This document shows positions 8,127 through 16,299 of a stretch of DNA of 32,000 nucleotides, one piece after another. The first letter of the stretch is position 1. The number at the start of each line of letters is the position of its first letter. The notes under the pieces are model-generated. The model had not been told where the DNA came from and did no database searches. It worked only from the letters and a program-made list of their open reading frames with translations. The position numbers and the translations under genes were made by a program. Origin of the DNA: Bacteroidales bacterium (GTDB lineage Bacteria; Bacteroidota; Bacteroidia; Bacteroidales; UBA932); the NCBI GenBank assembly GCA_017961345.1, contig JAGCXP010000065.1, positions 5,461 through 37,460 on the forward strand, written 5' to 3'.

Positions 8127-10663
8127 TTCCGGATGCTTGGATTGGGGATATGGCCGATATAGAAAGGCCAGAAAATGCCCACTTTCACGCAACTCTGGGT
8201 ACGGATGTAGTGTGCCGCGGAGAAGTAATCCCGCTGTCGCATCGGCCAGCCCATATTGGCGTTCTCATACTTGATATACACACAGCAGCGTTTCCACTGG
8301 AGATTGAGGAAGATATCGAAAATCGGCGTGTTGCCGTAGAAGGTGGTCGTCTGGTTGAAGAAGGCGCCGGTCGAGGGATTGTAGCCGGGCATGTGCCAGC
8401 TGGTCATATACCAGGCGTTGACGCCCACCTGCATGTCCAGCACCTGCTTGACCACCCCGAACTGGAAGTACCAGCGCAGGTTGGCGGAGAAATGGGGCAG
8501 CGGCAAAACCTGATCGTTGGAAGAGAACTGAGCCAGCAGGCGGTTCTCCAGGTGGAATTTCCAAATGGTGAAATCCTTGCGCAAATCGATGGAAAGCACG
8601 TTCACGACGCCGTCGTGCTGCACCGGCAGGGCATCCGTGCCGAAATAGACCGGATTGGCCAGCAGGCCGTAGCCGACGTGAAGGGCTAGGTCCCAGTGCG
8701 GAATTTCCAGCCCGCCGGTAAAGCGGGTGACGGATTCCTGGCGGAAGGCGTTGTCCCAACGGTAGTGGTTGGTGTAGTAGTGCTGCATCAGGAAATCCGG
8801 CGTCTGGAGCTTGGTATCGAAACGGAAAACGAAGGACATCGGGCTGTTGCGGGCCTTGCGGAAAGGATAGAGGTTGAAACGCAGGCCGGCGTCGATGAAG
8901 AAGTCGTTGCGTTCGGCCCCGGCAAAATTGTACCTTCCGTTGGCATCCCATTCAAAGTACTTCTGGAACTGTCCCTTGACGGCGGCGTAGGCATACACGC
9001 TGTTGAGATAGGTATCCGTCGATTTCGACAGGTACATGTCGGGCGAGGGCATGAAATAGCAGAGGAACTTGTCTCCGATACCCACATCAATTTTGGAAAC
9101 GATGGCGTCGCTCTTCCAGGGCTGCAGGCGCAGGTAAATGCGGTTTTCCAAGCGGGCGTTTCGCAGGGAGTCGCTGGTGGCGCGGGGGTTGATGTAACAG
9201 GCCGGGTAGAAGGCCTTGTCCGCGGTCGTCGTCATCGCATCCTTGTAGGTGCGGCGGTACACGCTGAACTCACTGCTGTGGCCGATGAAGGCGCTGGTAA
9301 CATCCCGTTCCAGGGGGTCGTCGCTCTCCTCCTTTTTTCCGGAGAAGAAAGACATGGGGAAACGGTAACTCTGGTCGAGGAAGACGGTAAAGCGCTTGAT
9401 GGCGCTGGAAGCATTGGAAAGGTTGACGGGAATCTCACGGGCATCGACCGTCGTGTCCTTGATCCAGTTGATGCCGGTCTTGGGATCGTCGTCGATGGCG
9501 CCGCCGTTTTCCTTCCGCTCAACGTGGTTGTAGATAAAGCCGGCGTGCATCAGGTAGCGTTTGCCCAGATAGTTCAGGCCTACGTGGGCGGTTCGGTTCA
9601 TCGTCTCCTCCTTCTGGAGATAACCCTTCGCACCGTAGCGGTAGATACCCAGGGTCAGGTTCAACGCCGGGGTGATATTCTGGCTGGCCAGCACCCCCAC
9701 GTTCAGGTCTTCCTTCTCCTGTCCGTTGAAGAGCGTTCCGGAATACCAGAGTTCGGTATAGGGGGTCTTGGTATTGTACTGCGGCATCGTCTCGGGCGTG
9801 AAGGTCCAGTCCAGATAGGGCGTGTAGAAGAAGGCGTTTTCCTGACTGCGCCGTTTGAACCAGTCCTGCGTCTGGGCCGGTGAACCGGACACACCCAGCC
9901 AGGTCGCGTTCACATCGTCGCGGTAGATGCTGTAATCCGGGTAGTGATAGTTGTAGGAGGTATCCTGGGGCGTCAGTTTCATATCGCCGAAACGCCGGTC
10001 GAGCGTCCACATCAGCAGTCGCCGGTATTGCAACGAACCCGGAAGGGCCCAGGTCTCAAGGATACGCGGCGTGTTGTCCCGGATGGAATCCCGGACCTGA
10101 CGGACCGAGTCGTTGTAGGCCTCACGGGCCTCCAGACGGGCCAGTTTCTCGGCATTGCGGGCGGCGAGGCGCTTATCGCGGTCGTATTCCCGGCGTTCCT
10201 TCTTGCTCAGGGACCAGTACCATTTGTCAAACAGCCACTGCTGACGGCCGGCGGAGTCCAGGGCCCAGATGGAGTCGAGCAACGCCCGGGTGGCGGTATC
10301 TTTGCGGGCATCCAGGCTATCCCGCACGGCAGCGAGGGTGGCGGAATCCCGCAGGGCAATAAAGTATTTGTAGCGGAAACTGTCCTTTTGGGCGAGGGAA
10401 TCGGGGATCCGCATCGTATCGATGGGATAGAAGAGAAGGGCCTCTTCGGCCATCAGCGAATCGGCGAAATAGGCGCTGTCCGCGCGGGCCATTGAGTCGA
10501 GTTTCGCTCGCAGCCGTTCATCCCGTGCGCTGCGGGGTTCGAGACGGAGACTGCCGTCCTGCGAACGCAACGGCTGACCCGGAAAAATCCGGGCAAAAAC
10601 AGCCAGGGTCAGCAGGGTCGCCAGGACCGGAAAAGCTCTAAATCTCCGCATCTGTCTTCTCAA
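8123..10663 (-). CDS. large outer-membrane beta-barrel protein (Bacteroidota 'putative porin' type), first gene of operon
   Basis: 846 aa. Basic and hydrophobic signal peptide (MRRQMRRFRAFPVLATLLTLAVFARI). A charged Asp/Arg/Ala-rich helical region of about 170 aa follows. Then a long Tyr/Asn/Gly/Phe-rich alternating region (TPYTELWYSGTLFNGQEKEDLNVGVLASQNITPALNLTLGIYRYGAKGYL...ENGGAIDD) typical of beta-barrels. From memory this resembles the PF14121 putative porin family. The alternative start at 10651 is equally possible. Confidence 0.7.
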   Translation of the reverse strand: MRRQMRRFRAFPVLATLLTLAVFARIFPGQPLRSQDGSLRLEPRSARDERLRAKLDSMARADSAYFADSLMAEEALLFYPIDTMRIPDSLAQKDSFRYKYFIALRDSATLAAVRDSLDARKDTATRALLDSIWALDSAGRQQWLFDKWYWSLSKKERREYDRDKRLAARNAEKLARLEAREAYNDSVRQVRDSIRDNTPRILETWALPGSLQYRRLLMWTLDRRFGDMKLTPQDTSYNYHYPDYSIYRDDVNATWLGVSGSPAQTQDWFKRRSQENAFFYTPYLDWTFTPETMPQYNTKTPYTELWYSGTLFNGQEKEDLNVGVLASQNITPALNLTLGIYRYGAKGYLQKEETMNRTAHVGLNYLGKRYLMHAGFIYNHVERKENGGAIDDDPKTGINWIKDTTVDAREIPVNLSNASSAIKRFTVFLDQSYRFPMSFFSGKKEESDDPLERDVTSAFIGHSSEFSVYRRTYKDAMTTTADKAFYPACYINPRATSDSLRNARLENRIYLRLQPWKSDAIVSKIDVGIGDKFLCYFMPSPDMYLSKSTDTYLNSVYAYAAVKGQFQKYFEWDANGRYNFAGAERNDFFIDAGLRFNLYPFRKARNSPMSFVFRFDTKLQTPDFLMQHYYTNHYRWDNAFRQESVTRFTGGLEIPHWDLALHVGYGLLANPVYFGTDALPVQHDGVVNVLSIDLRKDFTIWKFHLENRLLAQFSSNDQVLPLPHFSANLRWYFQFGVVKQVLDMQVGVNAWYMTSWHMPGYNPSTGAFFNQTTTFYGNTPIFDIFLNLQWKRCCVYIKYENANMGWPMRQRDYFSAAHYIRTQSCVKVGIFWPFYIGHIPNPSIRK

Positions 10664-10689
10664 AATCCGAGAATAATCCTAAAAAGGCT

Positions 10690-10697
10690 GCAATTTA
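10690..10697 (-). promoter_or_regulatory. possible -7-like box TAAATTGC for the six-gene glyco-operon
   Basis: Imperfect match, 26 nt upstream of the ATG at 10663. It sits in the only non-coding gap (75 nt) upstream of the operon, next to a tandem CGAATTTTT x2 repeat (10698-10718). The related variant TAACTTGC occurs upstream of dprA (12041-12048) and of the H1-like gene (24371-24378). Confidence 0.3.
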
Positions 10698-10738
10698 CGA
10701 ATTTTTCGCGAATTTTTGCGTCTACAAGGCCATTTTTG

Positions 10739-12016
10739 TCAGTCTGAACCGATGCGGCAGCGCTTCAGAAGGTCCACGTTGATCAGCCCGTCCGCCTCAA
10801 GCAGGGAACTCAGGGCGCCCACTTTGTACTCCGAGAGATGCAGGTCTTCCGCCAGTTGCATCAGGGTGACGCCGCAGTCGGCGCGGATGCGGATGAGCAT
10901 CTTCGTCACGGCCTCCAGGTCGTCCGGCGACATTTTTTCCGCATAAAAGCGCCGGGCCGTCTTCCGCGAAGCCTCCTCCATACTGCCCGGGCCACACCCT
11001 ACCGCCCCTCCCCCGCTTTCGTCCGCCAGGCCGAGCCCCCCAGCCACACCGGGCCTCCCCCCTACCGCGGGTGCCGGGCCGCTCCTGCGTCCGGGCGTCG
11101 GCTGCCTCAGGCCCATCGCTTCGAGCAACTCCTCCGGCGAAGTGTACGCTTCCGCCACTTTGGTCGCTATCAGGCGGTTACAGCCCTGCGAGCGCAGATC
11201 GTCCAACCTTCCCGGCAGCGCATACACCTCCCGGCCATAGCCAAAGGCCAGACGGGCGGTAATCATTCCCCCACCCTTCTCCCGCGACTCCACCAGCACC
11301 GTCCAGCGGGAGAGGGCCGCAATGATCCGGTTGCGGCGGACAAAGTTCAGGGCCACGGCCGGCGTATCCAGCGGATAATCGGTAAGCAGGGCGCAACCGG
11401 GGGTATTGGCCATCGCTTCCGCGTCCATACGATGCTGCCAGGGATAAATCCGGTCGATGCCCGTCGCCATCACGGCCAGCGTAGGCAGGCCGCAGTGCAG
11501 GGCCGTCCGGTGGGCACAGATGTCGATGCCGTACGCCAGACCGCTAACAATCACGGGCGCGGGTTGAAGGGTGGAAAGTGCCTGTACGAGGGCCTCGCAC
11601 TGTTTCAGGCCATAGGGACTGGCGTCCCGCGTCCCCACGATGCTGACGCAGGGCCGCTCCGGAGCGAAAATCTCTTCCGCAGGCGAGCAGCCGCGGTAAT
11701 ACAGGCCCACCGGCGGATCTTCCGAATCCCGCAGCGCTCCGGGATAAGCCGCGTCGGTACACGGCAGGTAACGCGCCCCCATCTTCTCCAGGGACTGACT
11801 TTCGCTTCGGGCCTCCTCCAAGGCACGGGCGGAAAGCAATCCGCGGTAGCGGCTGCCCGGGCCTAGAACTTCTTCGAGTTGCCGATCCCCCGCTTCAAAA
11901 ACCGCCTGCGCGCTCCCGAAGCATTCGATCAGAGCGAGGGCGATCCGGGGCTTTTCCCCGAACACCCGCCCCAGCGCCAAGGCGCAGATTTTTTCGTTTT
12001 CCGAGTCCATATCCAT
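10739..12016 (-). CDS. dprA: DNA-processing protein DprA (Smf)
   Basis: Rossmann-like DprA core: IVGTRDASPYG...VIVSGLAYGIDICAHRTAL...ATGIDRIYP...NFVRRNRIIAALS...VLVESREKGGGMITARLA...GREVYALPGR. C-terminal winged-helix-like tail. The track ORF starts at a TTG (12031); I prefer the first ATG at 12016. Confidence 0.88.
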   Translation of the reverse strand: MDMDSENEKICALALGRVFGEKPRIALALIECFGSAQAVFEAGDRQLEEVLGPGSRYRGLLSARALEEARSESQSLEKMGARYLPCTDAAYPGALRDSEDPPVGLYYRGCSPAEEIFAPERPCVSIVGTRDASPYGLKQCEALVQALSTLQPAPVIVSGLAYGIDICAHRTALHCGLPTLAVMATGIDRIYPWQHRMDAEAMANTPGCALLTDYPLDTPAVALNFVRRNRIIAALSRWTVLVESREKGGGMITARLAFGYGREVYALPGRLDDLRSQGCNRLIATKVAEAYTSPEELLEAMGLRQPTPGRRSGPAPAVGGRPGVAGGLGLADESGGGAVGCGPGSMEEASRKTARRFYAEKMSPDDLEAVTKMLIRIRADCGVTLMQLAEDLHLSEYKVGALSSLLEADGLINVDLLKRCRIGSD

Positions 12017-12241
12017 CAATTTTTTCAACAATTAGCGGATGCAAGTTAGGAACGAATCCCCCACAAAAACAAGGGCGGACGGCCGCTTTGGTAGCGCCGC
12101 CCGGCAGATTTTTCTTTTTTTTGACCTTTTTTCCGCATTTTGTCGCAAAAAAACTGTGTTTTTTCTTTTTTTGATGAAACAAATTTTTCCGCTACGGGTA
12201 TAATAGGTAATTGTCTATAGATTTAGAGACACCGTATCACC

Positions 12242-13291
12242 ATGAAACTCTCGCAATTCTCCTTCAATCTCCCCAAGGAAAAAATCGCTTCCGAGCCCGT
12301 CAAGTGGCGTGACGAATGCAAACTGATGGTTCTGCACAAAGACACGGGCGAGATTGAGCATCGCATCTTCAAGGATATTCTCGACTACTTCGGCAAAGGC
12401 GACACCTTTGTCTTCAACGACACCAAGGTCTTCCCCGCCCGTCTGTACGGCAACAAGGAAAAGACCGGCGCCTGCATCGAAGTGGACCTGCTGCGGGAGC
12501 TCAACCGCGAGCAGCGGCTCTGGGACGTCATTGTCGATCCCGCCCGGGAGATTCGTATCGGCAACAAACTCTATTTCGGAGAAGACGAGAGCCTCGTCGC
12601 CGAAGTCATCGACAACACGACTTCCCGCGGCCGTACCCTCCGTTTCCTCTATGACGGACCCTATGAGGAGTTCAAGAAAGTGCTCTTCGATATGGGCGAG
12701 ACCCTCGTCCCCACCTGGGTCAAGGAAAAAGTGACGCCCGAAGACGCCGAGAACTACCAGACCATCTACGCCCGTCACGAAGGCGCCGTGGTGGCTCCCG
12801 CCGCCGGCTTGCACTTCAGCCGCGAGCTGCTCAACCGAATGATTCTCAAGGATGTAGAGAAAGCGTTCATCACCCTGCACATGGGTCTTGGACACTTCAG
12901 CAGCGTGGATGTGGAAGATCTCTCCAAGCACAAGATGCACTCCGACCGCCTTATCATTACGCCCGAGACCGCCGAGATCATCAACAAGGCCAAACGCGGC
13001 GGCAAGCGGGTCGTCGCCGTCGGCATTACGACCATGCGCGGCCTCGAGACCTTCTACACGACTAAGGACGAAGTCGAGCCCTTCGACGGCTGGACCAACA
13101 AGTTCATTTTCCCGCCCTACCGCTTCGCCGTACCCAACGCCATTGTCTCCAACTTCCACCTCCCCTGCTCTACGATGCTCATGTCCGTCGCCGCATTCGG
13201 AGGTTTCGAAAAGGTAATGAAGGCGTACGACGTTGCCCTCAAGGAGGACTACCGCTTCGGTCCCTACGGCGACGCCATGCTGATTCTCTAA
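12242..13291 (+). CDS. queA: S-adenosylmethionine:tRNA ribosyltransferase-isomerase
   Basis: 349 aa reading [31 protein letters not shown]...[13 protein letters not shown]...HFSRELL...[10 protein letters not shown]...[16 protein letters not shown], with full-length QueA architecture. Confidence 0.93.
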   Translation: MKLSQFSFNLPKEKIASEPVKWRDECKLMVLHKDTGEIEHRIFKDILDYFGKGDTFVFNDTKVFPARLYGNKEKTGACIEVDLLRELNREQRLWDVIVDPAREIRIGNKLYFGEDESLVAEVIDNTTSRGRTLRFLYDGPYEEFKKVLFDMGETLVPTWVKEKVTPEDAENYQTIYARHEGAVVAPAAGLHFSRELLNRMILKDVEKAFITLHMGLGHFSSVDVEDLSKHKMHSDRLIITPETAEIINKAKRGGKRVVAVGITTMRGLETFYTTKDEVEPFDGWTNKFIFPPYRFAVPNAIVSNFHLPCSTMLMSVAAFGGFEKVMKAYDVALKEDYRFGPYGDAMLIL

Positions 13292-13324
13292 GCGCCGTTT
13301 CGCAAGCTTTTTAAAAGGAAAAAA

Positions 13325-14212
13325 CTACCGCCTGGGATGATGCGACAGGATATCCTGTTGCCAGGTGGAGGAGTCGATGTGGGTGTAGATTTCGGTGGTG
13401 AGGATGCTTTCGTGTCCGAGCATTTCCTGCACCACGCGAAGGTCTGCGCCGTTTTCCACCAGATGCGTGGCAAAACTGTGGCGGAGCGTATGCGGCGATA
13501 TTTCCTTGTTGATGCCCGCCAGCAGCGCCTGCTTTTTGATCATCTTGAAGATGGAAATGCGGCTTAATCCCCTTCCGAAACGATTGAGAAACACAAGGTT
13601 GGCATCCTGCGGACGGTCCGGCTGCGGACGCACGGCAAACCAGGCGTTCAACGCTTCCAGGGCGCACTCCCCGATGGGAATGACCCGCTGCTTGTTGCCC
13701 TTTCCCACCACGCGCACGAAACACTCCTTTTCGAAAATGTCGCTCAGGCGAAGCCCCGCCGCTTCGGACACCCGCAGCCCGCAACCGTATAGCACTTCCA
13801 ACAGCGCCCGGTCCCGCGCCCCGTTCCAAGTGGAGGTATCCACCGTATCAATCATCGCCTCCACCTCCTCCACGGACAGCACCTGCGGAATGTAACGCCC
13901 GATCTTGGGCATATCCACCCCGTCGCAGGGATTTCCCTCAAGATCTCCCTCCGCCACCATCCAGGTAAAAAAGGAACGCAGCGCACTCAGAAGCCGCGCC
14001 TGCGAACGCTTGGACAGGTCTTCCCGCGCCTTGAAATACAGGAGGATATCATCGGGGGTAATGCCGGAGAGGTCTCCCTCGGGTTCCACGCCCCGTTCTT
14101 CTTCCGCCCAGCCTAGGAAGGCCGCGGTATCCCGCAGATAGGACGAGGCCGTATTCGCGGCCATCGCCCGCTCCATTCGGAGCCAGTAGGCATATTGTTC
14201 CAGGCGCGTCAA
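13325..14212 (-). CDS. xerD: site-specific tyrosine recombinase XerD
   Basis: 295 aa. N-terminal SAM-like domain (LRMERAMAANTASSYLRDTAAFLGW). Catalytic region has RVSEAAGLRL, HTLRHSFATHLVENGADLRVVQEMLGHESILTTEIYTH with the R..HxxR..Y residues. The start is a TTG, so the start coordinate is less certain. Confidence 0.85.
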   Translation of the reverse strand: MTRLEQYAYWLRMERAMAANTASSYLRDTAAFLGWAEEERGVEPEGDLSGITPDDILLYFKAREDLSKRSQARLLSALRSFFTWMVAEGDLEGNPCDGVDMPKIGRYIPQVLSVEEVEAMIDTVDTSTWNGARDRALLEVLYGCGLRVSEAAGLRLSDIFEKECFVRVVGKGNKQRVIPIGECALEALNAWFAVRPQPDRPQDANLVFLNRFGRGLSRISIFKMIKKQALLAGINKEISPHTLRHSFATHLVENGADLRVVQEMLGHESILTTEIYTHIDSSTWQQDILSHHPRR

Positions 14213-14229
14213 GGCCGTTTCTGGGACGC

Positions 14230-16251
14230 TTACAGCGTACGGTACTCCCGGCCGTAACGCAGGGACTGGCTGAGGAAATCCTCGTCGTAGGAAATCTTGA
14301 AATCCACGATTTCCCCGTCCTTACAGACCGGAATGATTTCCGGATTGACAAAGCCGCCGTAGGGCTTGAGGTTCAGGGCGGCGTAACGCTCGAGGATTTC
14401 GCGGTGCAGGTCGTAGTCAATCTTGACGGCGTAGTCCTCCACCAGACGCTTTCCCGCCGCATAATCCCCTTCGGATTTGATGCGCTGGACCTCGGCGAGC
14501 AGTTCGCCGAAAAGCCCCCGCAGCCCCGCATAGTCGTTCACCACGAAATAGGTCTTGCCGTCCTTCACCTTTTTCTCAATGATATCGGTGGTGCCTTCGA
14601 CACCGCTGCGGCCCAGGCCCTTTTCGTAGCACCAGGCGGCAATCAGCAGCCGGTTCTGCATATGGGCTTCCGTGTTGTCACGACCCAGTTCCACGCGGGT
14701 AAACTGCGTCAGCAGACCATTGCGGATGTAGTTGGCATACTGGGCCTTGAAGGCCTCGCCGTCCGGCAGGATTCCCAGTTCGACGAGTTTGTCATCCGCG
14801 ACATAGTAGAGGCCGAAGAGGTCGGCACGCGCTTCCTCCAGCGTGGAGGAATACTCGCCCAGGGCCCCCGAGGGCGTTCCGGGCAGAAGTTGGCCGCTGC
14901 CGTGCCCCAGACACTCGTGCAGGTCGGTATGGATATCGTTGGTCAGTTCCAGGTACTTTTTCGCGAGCGCCACCTCCTCTTCGTCGTAGGCATATTCAGC
15001 GAGGGTGCTGCGGGGCGACTCCTGCGCAGCCAGGTTGTAGGCGCGCGTAATGTTGGAAATGGTCACGGACTTCGAGCCGTATTCCTTGCGGATCCAATCC
15101 GCATTGGGCAGGTTGACGCCAATGGGCGTAGAGGGGTAGCAGTCTCCTGCCAGCACGGCGGCTTCGACCACCTTCGCCGTCACGCCCTTCACTTCCTTTT
15201 TCTTGAAACGCGCATCCACGGGAGAATGGTCTTCGAACCACTGGGCGTTGGCGGAAATCAGTTCGCTGCGCCGGGAAGCGGCCACATCCTTGATTTCCAC
15301 GATGCTCTCCCAGGTTGCCTTGCGTCCGAGAGGGTCTTCATAATCTTCCACGAAACCGTGAATGACATCCACGGCCCCCTCCTTCTCCTGTACCCAGGCG
15401 ATGTTGAAATCATCCCAGGTCTTCAAGTCACCGCTGCGGTAATAGTCGATCAGCAGGGCCAGGTAAGCGCGCTGGGCCTCGTTCTCGGCATATTCCGCCG
15501 CTTTTTCCAGTTCGGCGATAATCTTTTCGAGGGCAGGACCATAGACGCTCTGCGCATTCCATACCTCTTCATAGACACGGCCATCGCGTTTGACCAGGCG
15601 GCTGTTCAGGCCGAAGGAAATCGGACGGGGGCCGCTTCCCGCCGCCATGCCGGCATAGAAGGCATCCACCTCCGAACGCGTCAGTCCCCCGTCGTAGAAA
15701 TTGATGCCGGAGGCCGCCACCAAGTCCTTCGAAGAGTCGGTACAACGACGCTGAGGCGCGATTTCGGGGTCGTACATCATCTCCAGCAAGGCTTGCGCAT
15801 CCGCTACCGCAGCCCCTTCGAGCAGCATCGCGAAGTACTCCTTCGGACAGGCGGGGAAGAACTTGTCCTGGGCATAGTGGTGATGGATGCCGTTGGAGAA
15901 GAACACCCGTTTGGCATAGACCAGGAAGTTGTCCCAGTCCTCGCCTTTGCGCTCCCCTTTCCAGTTTTCAAGAATTTGCTCGAGGGCGTGACGGACCTGG
16001 AGATTGTACTTTCCATACTGATCCCAGAGAATGTCGCGGCCCCATTTGGCCGACTCCGCCAGGTGGTAGGCATAGCGTTTCTGATCGAGCGTGAGGGAAT
16101 CCCATGCGTCAATGCGGTAGCGCATGATTTTCACGTCCGCGAATTCATCGATCAAGTATTTGAAATCCTGCGTTTTCGGGGCGCAGCCCACGACCATCGT
16201 CACACTCATCGCTGCCAGAAAGATTTTGGAAAGGGTTTTCATAAATTTCAT
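14230..16251 (-). CDS. dipeptidyl-peptidase III (peptidase family M49), lipoprotein
   Basis: 673 aa. Zinc motifs HECLGH (nt 14902-14919) and EEARAD, the bacterial DPP III variants of HEXXGH/EEXR(K)AE(D). Signal peptide with lipobox (SVTMVVGC). Confidence 0.9.
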   Translation of the reverse strand: MKFMKTLSKIFLAAMSVTMVVGCAPKTQDFKYLIDEFADVKIMRYRIDAWDSLTLDQKRYAYHLAESAKWGRDILWDQYGKYNLQVRHALEQILENWKGERKGEDWDNFLVYAKRVFFSNGIHHHYAQDKFFPACPKEYFAMLLEGAAVADAQALLEMMYDPEIAPQRRCTDSSKDLVAASGINFYDGGLTRSEVDAFYAGMAAGSGPRPISFGLNSRLVKRDGRVYEEVWNAQSVYGPALEKIIAELEKAAEYAENEAQRAYLALLIDYYRSGDLKTWDDFNIAWVQEKEGAVDVIHGFVEDYEDPLGRKATWESIVEIKDVAASRRSELISANAQWFEDHSPVDARFKKKEVKGVTAKVVEAAVLAGDCYPSTPIGVNLPNADWIRKEYGSKSVTISNITRAYNLAAQESPRSTLAEYAYDEEEVALAKKYLELTNDIHTDLHECLGHGSGQLLPGTPSGALGEYSSTLEEARADLFGLYYVADDKLVELGILPDGEAFKAQYANYIRNGLLTQFTRVELGRDNTEAHMQNRLLIAAWCYEKGLGRSGVEGTTDIIEKKVKDGKTYFVVNDYAGLRGLFGELLAEVQRIKSEGDYAAGKRLVEDYAVKIDYDLHREILERYAALNLKPYGGFVNPEIIPVCKDGEIVDFKISYDEDFLSQSLRYGREYRTL

Positions 16252-16264
16252 ATTGCGTTATCTG

Positions 16265-16272
16265 CAAATTTC
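16265..16272 (-). promoter_or_regulatory. possible -7 box GAAATTTG for the DPP III gene
   Basis: One mismatch to TAnnTTTG, 13 nt upstream of the ATG at 16251. It is packed back to back with the C11 promoter in a 48-bp spacer. Confidence 0.35.
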
Positions 16273-16284
16273 GCAAAAATTCAA

Positions 16285-16292
16285 TATCTTTG
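16285..16292 (+). promoter_or_regulatory. Bacteroides-type -7 promoter box TATCTTTG (consensus TAnnTTTG) for the C11 peptidase gene
   Basis: Exact consensus match 7 nt upstream of the ATG at 16300, implying a very short leader. Confidence 0.6.
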
Positions 16293-16299
16293 CAAGACG

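Noticed and set aside
6567-8162. 531-aa plus-strand ORF, plus the similar long antisense ORFs at 1333-2052, 2475-3488, 3388-4191, 4756-5580, 5823-6566, 8150-8689, 8696-9883, 9944-10495 and 10838-11866
   Set aside because: All lie opposite genes with strong family signatures (rfbB, rfbA, GT, kinase, porin-like, dprA). High GC suppresses stop codons in antisense frames. None has motifs or plausible promoters.
8127-8192. 22-codon N-terminal extension of the kinase ORF (start at 8192)
   Set aside because: It would overlap the porin-like gene by 70 nt. The ATG at 8126 gives a classic ATGA coupling overlap and a plausible N-terminus.
11895-12182. 95-aa lysine-rich ORF spanning the dprA start and the A/T-tract spacer
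   Set aside because: The Lys runs come from poly-A tracts of the intergenic region. The rest overlaps dprA out of frame. It has no plausible start context.
12215-13159. 314-aa minus-strand ORF, plus the analogous ORFs at 13311-13829, 16258-17361, 17977-18747, 19420-20367, 20398-21030, 21288-22292, 22611-23678, 24608-25627, 25660-26751 and 29848-30378
   Set aside because: They are antisense or out-of-frame shadows of queA, xerD, C11, the permease, tyrS, tpiA, M6, pth/L25, mltG and the dNK gene. Their composition is typical of shadow ORFs.
13325-14212. Tyrosine recombinase as a marker of an integrated mobile element
   Set aside because: The sequence is a canonical XerD (SAM-like N-domain, HTLRHSFATHL...LGHESILTTEIYTH). 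It is flanked by housekeeping genes. I saw no direct repeats, att-like sites, tRNA target or cargo genes.
14404-16299. 5' two-thirds of the 1030-aa plus-strand ORF (14404..17496)
   Set aside because: It runs antisense to the clearly homologous DPP III gene. The translation is low-complexity (G/V/A/R/H/L-rich) with no motifs. The real gene starts at the in-frame ATG at 16300, which has a signal peptide and its own promoter box.
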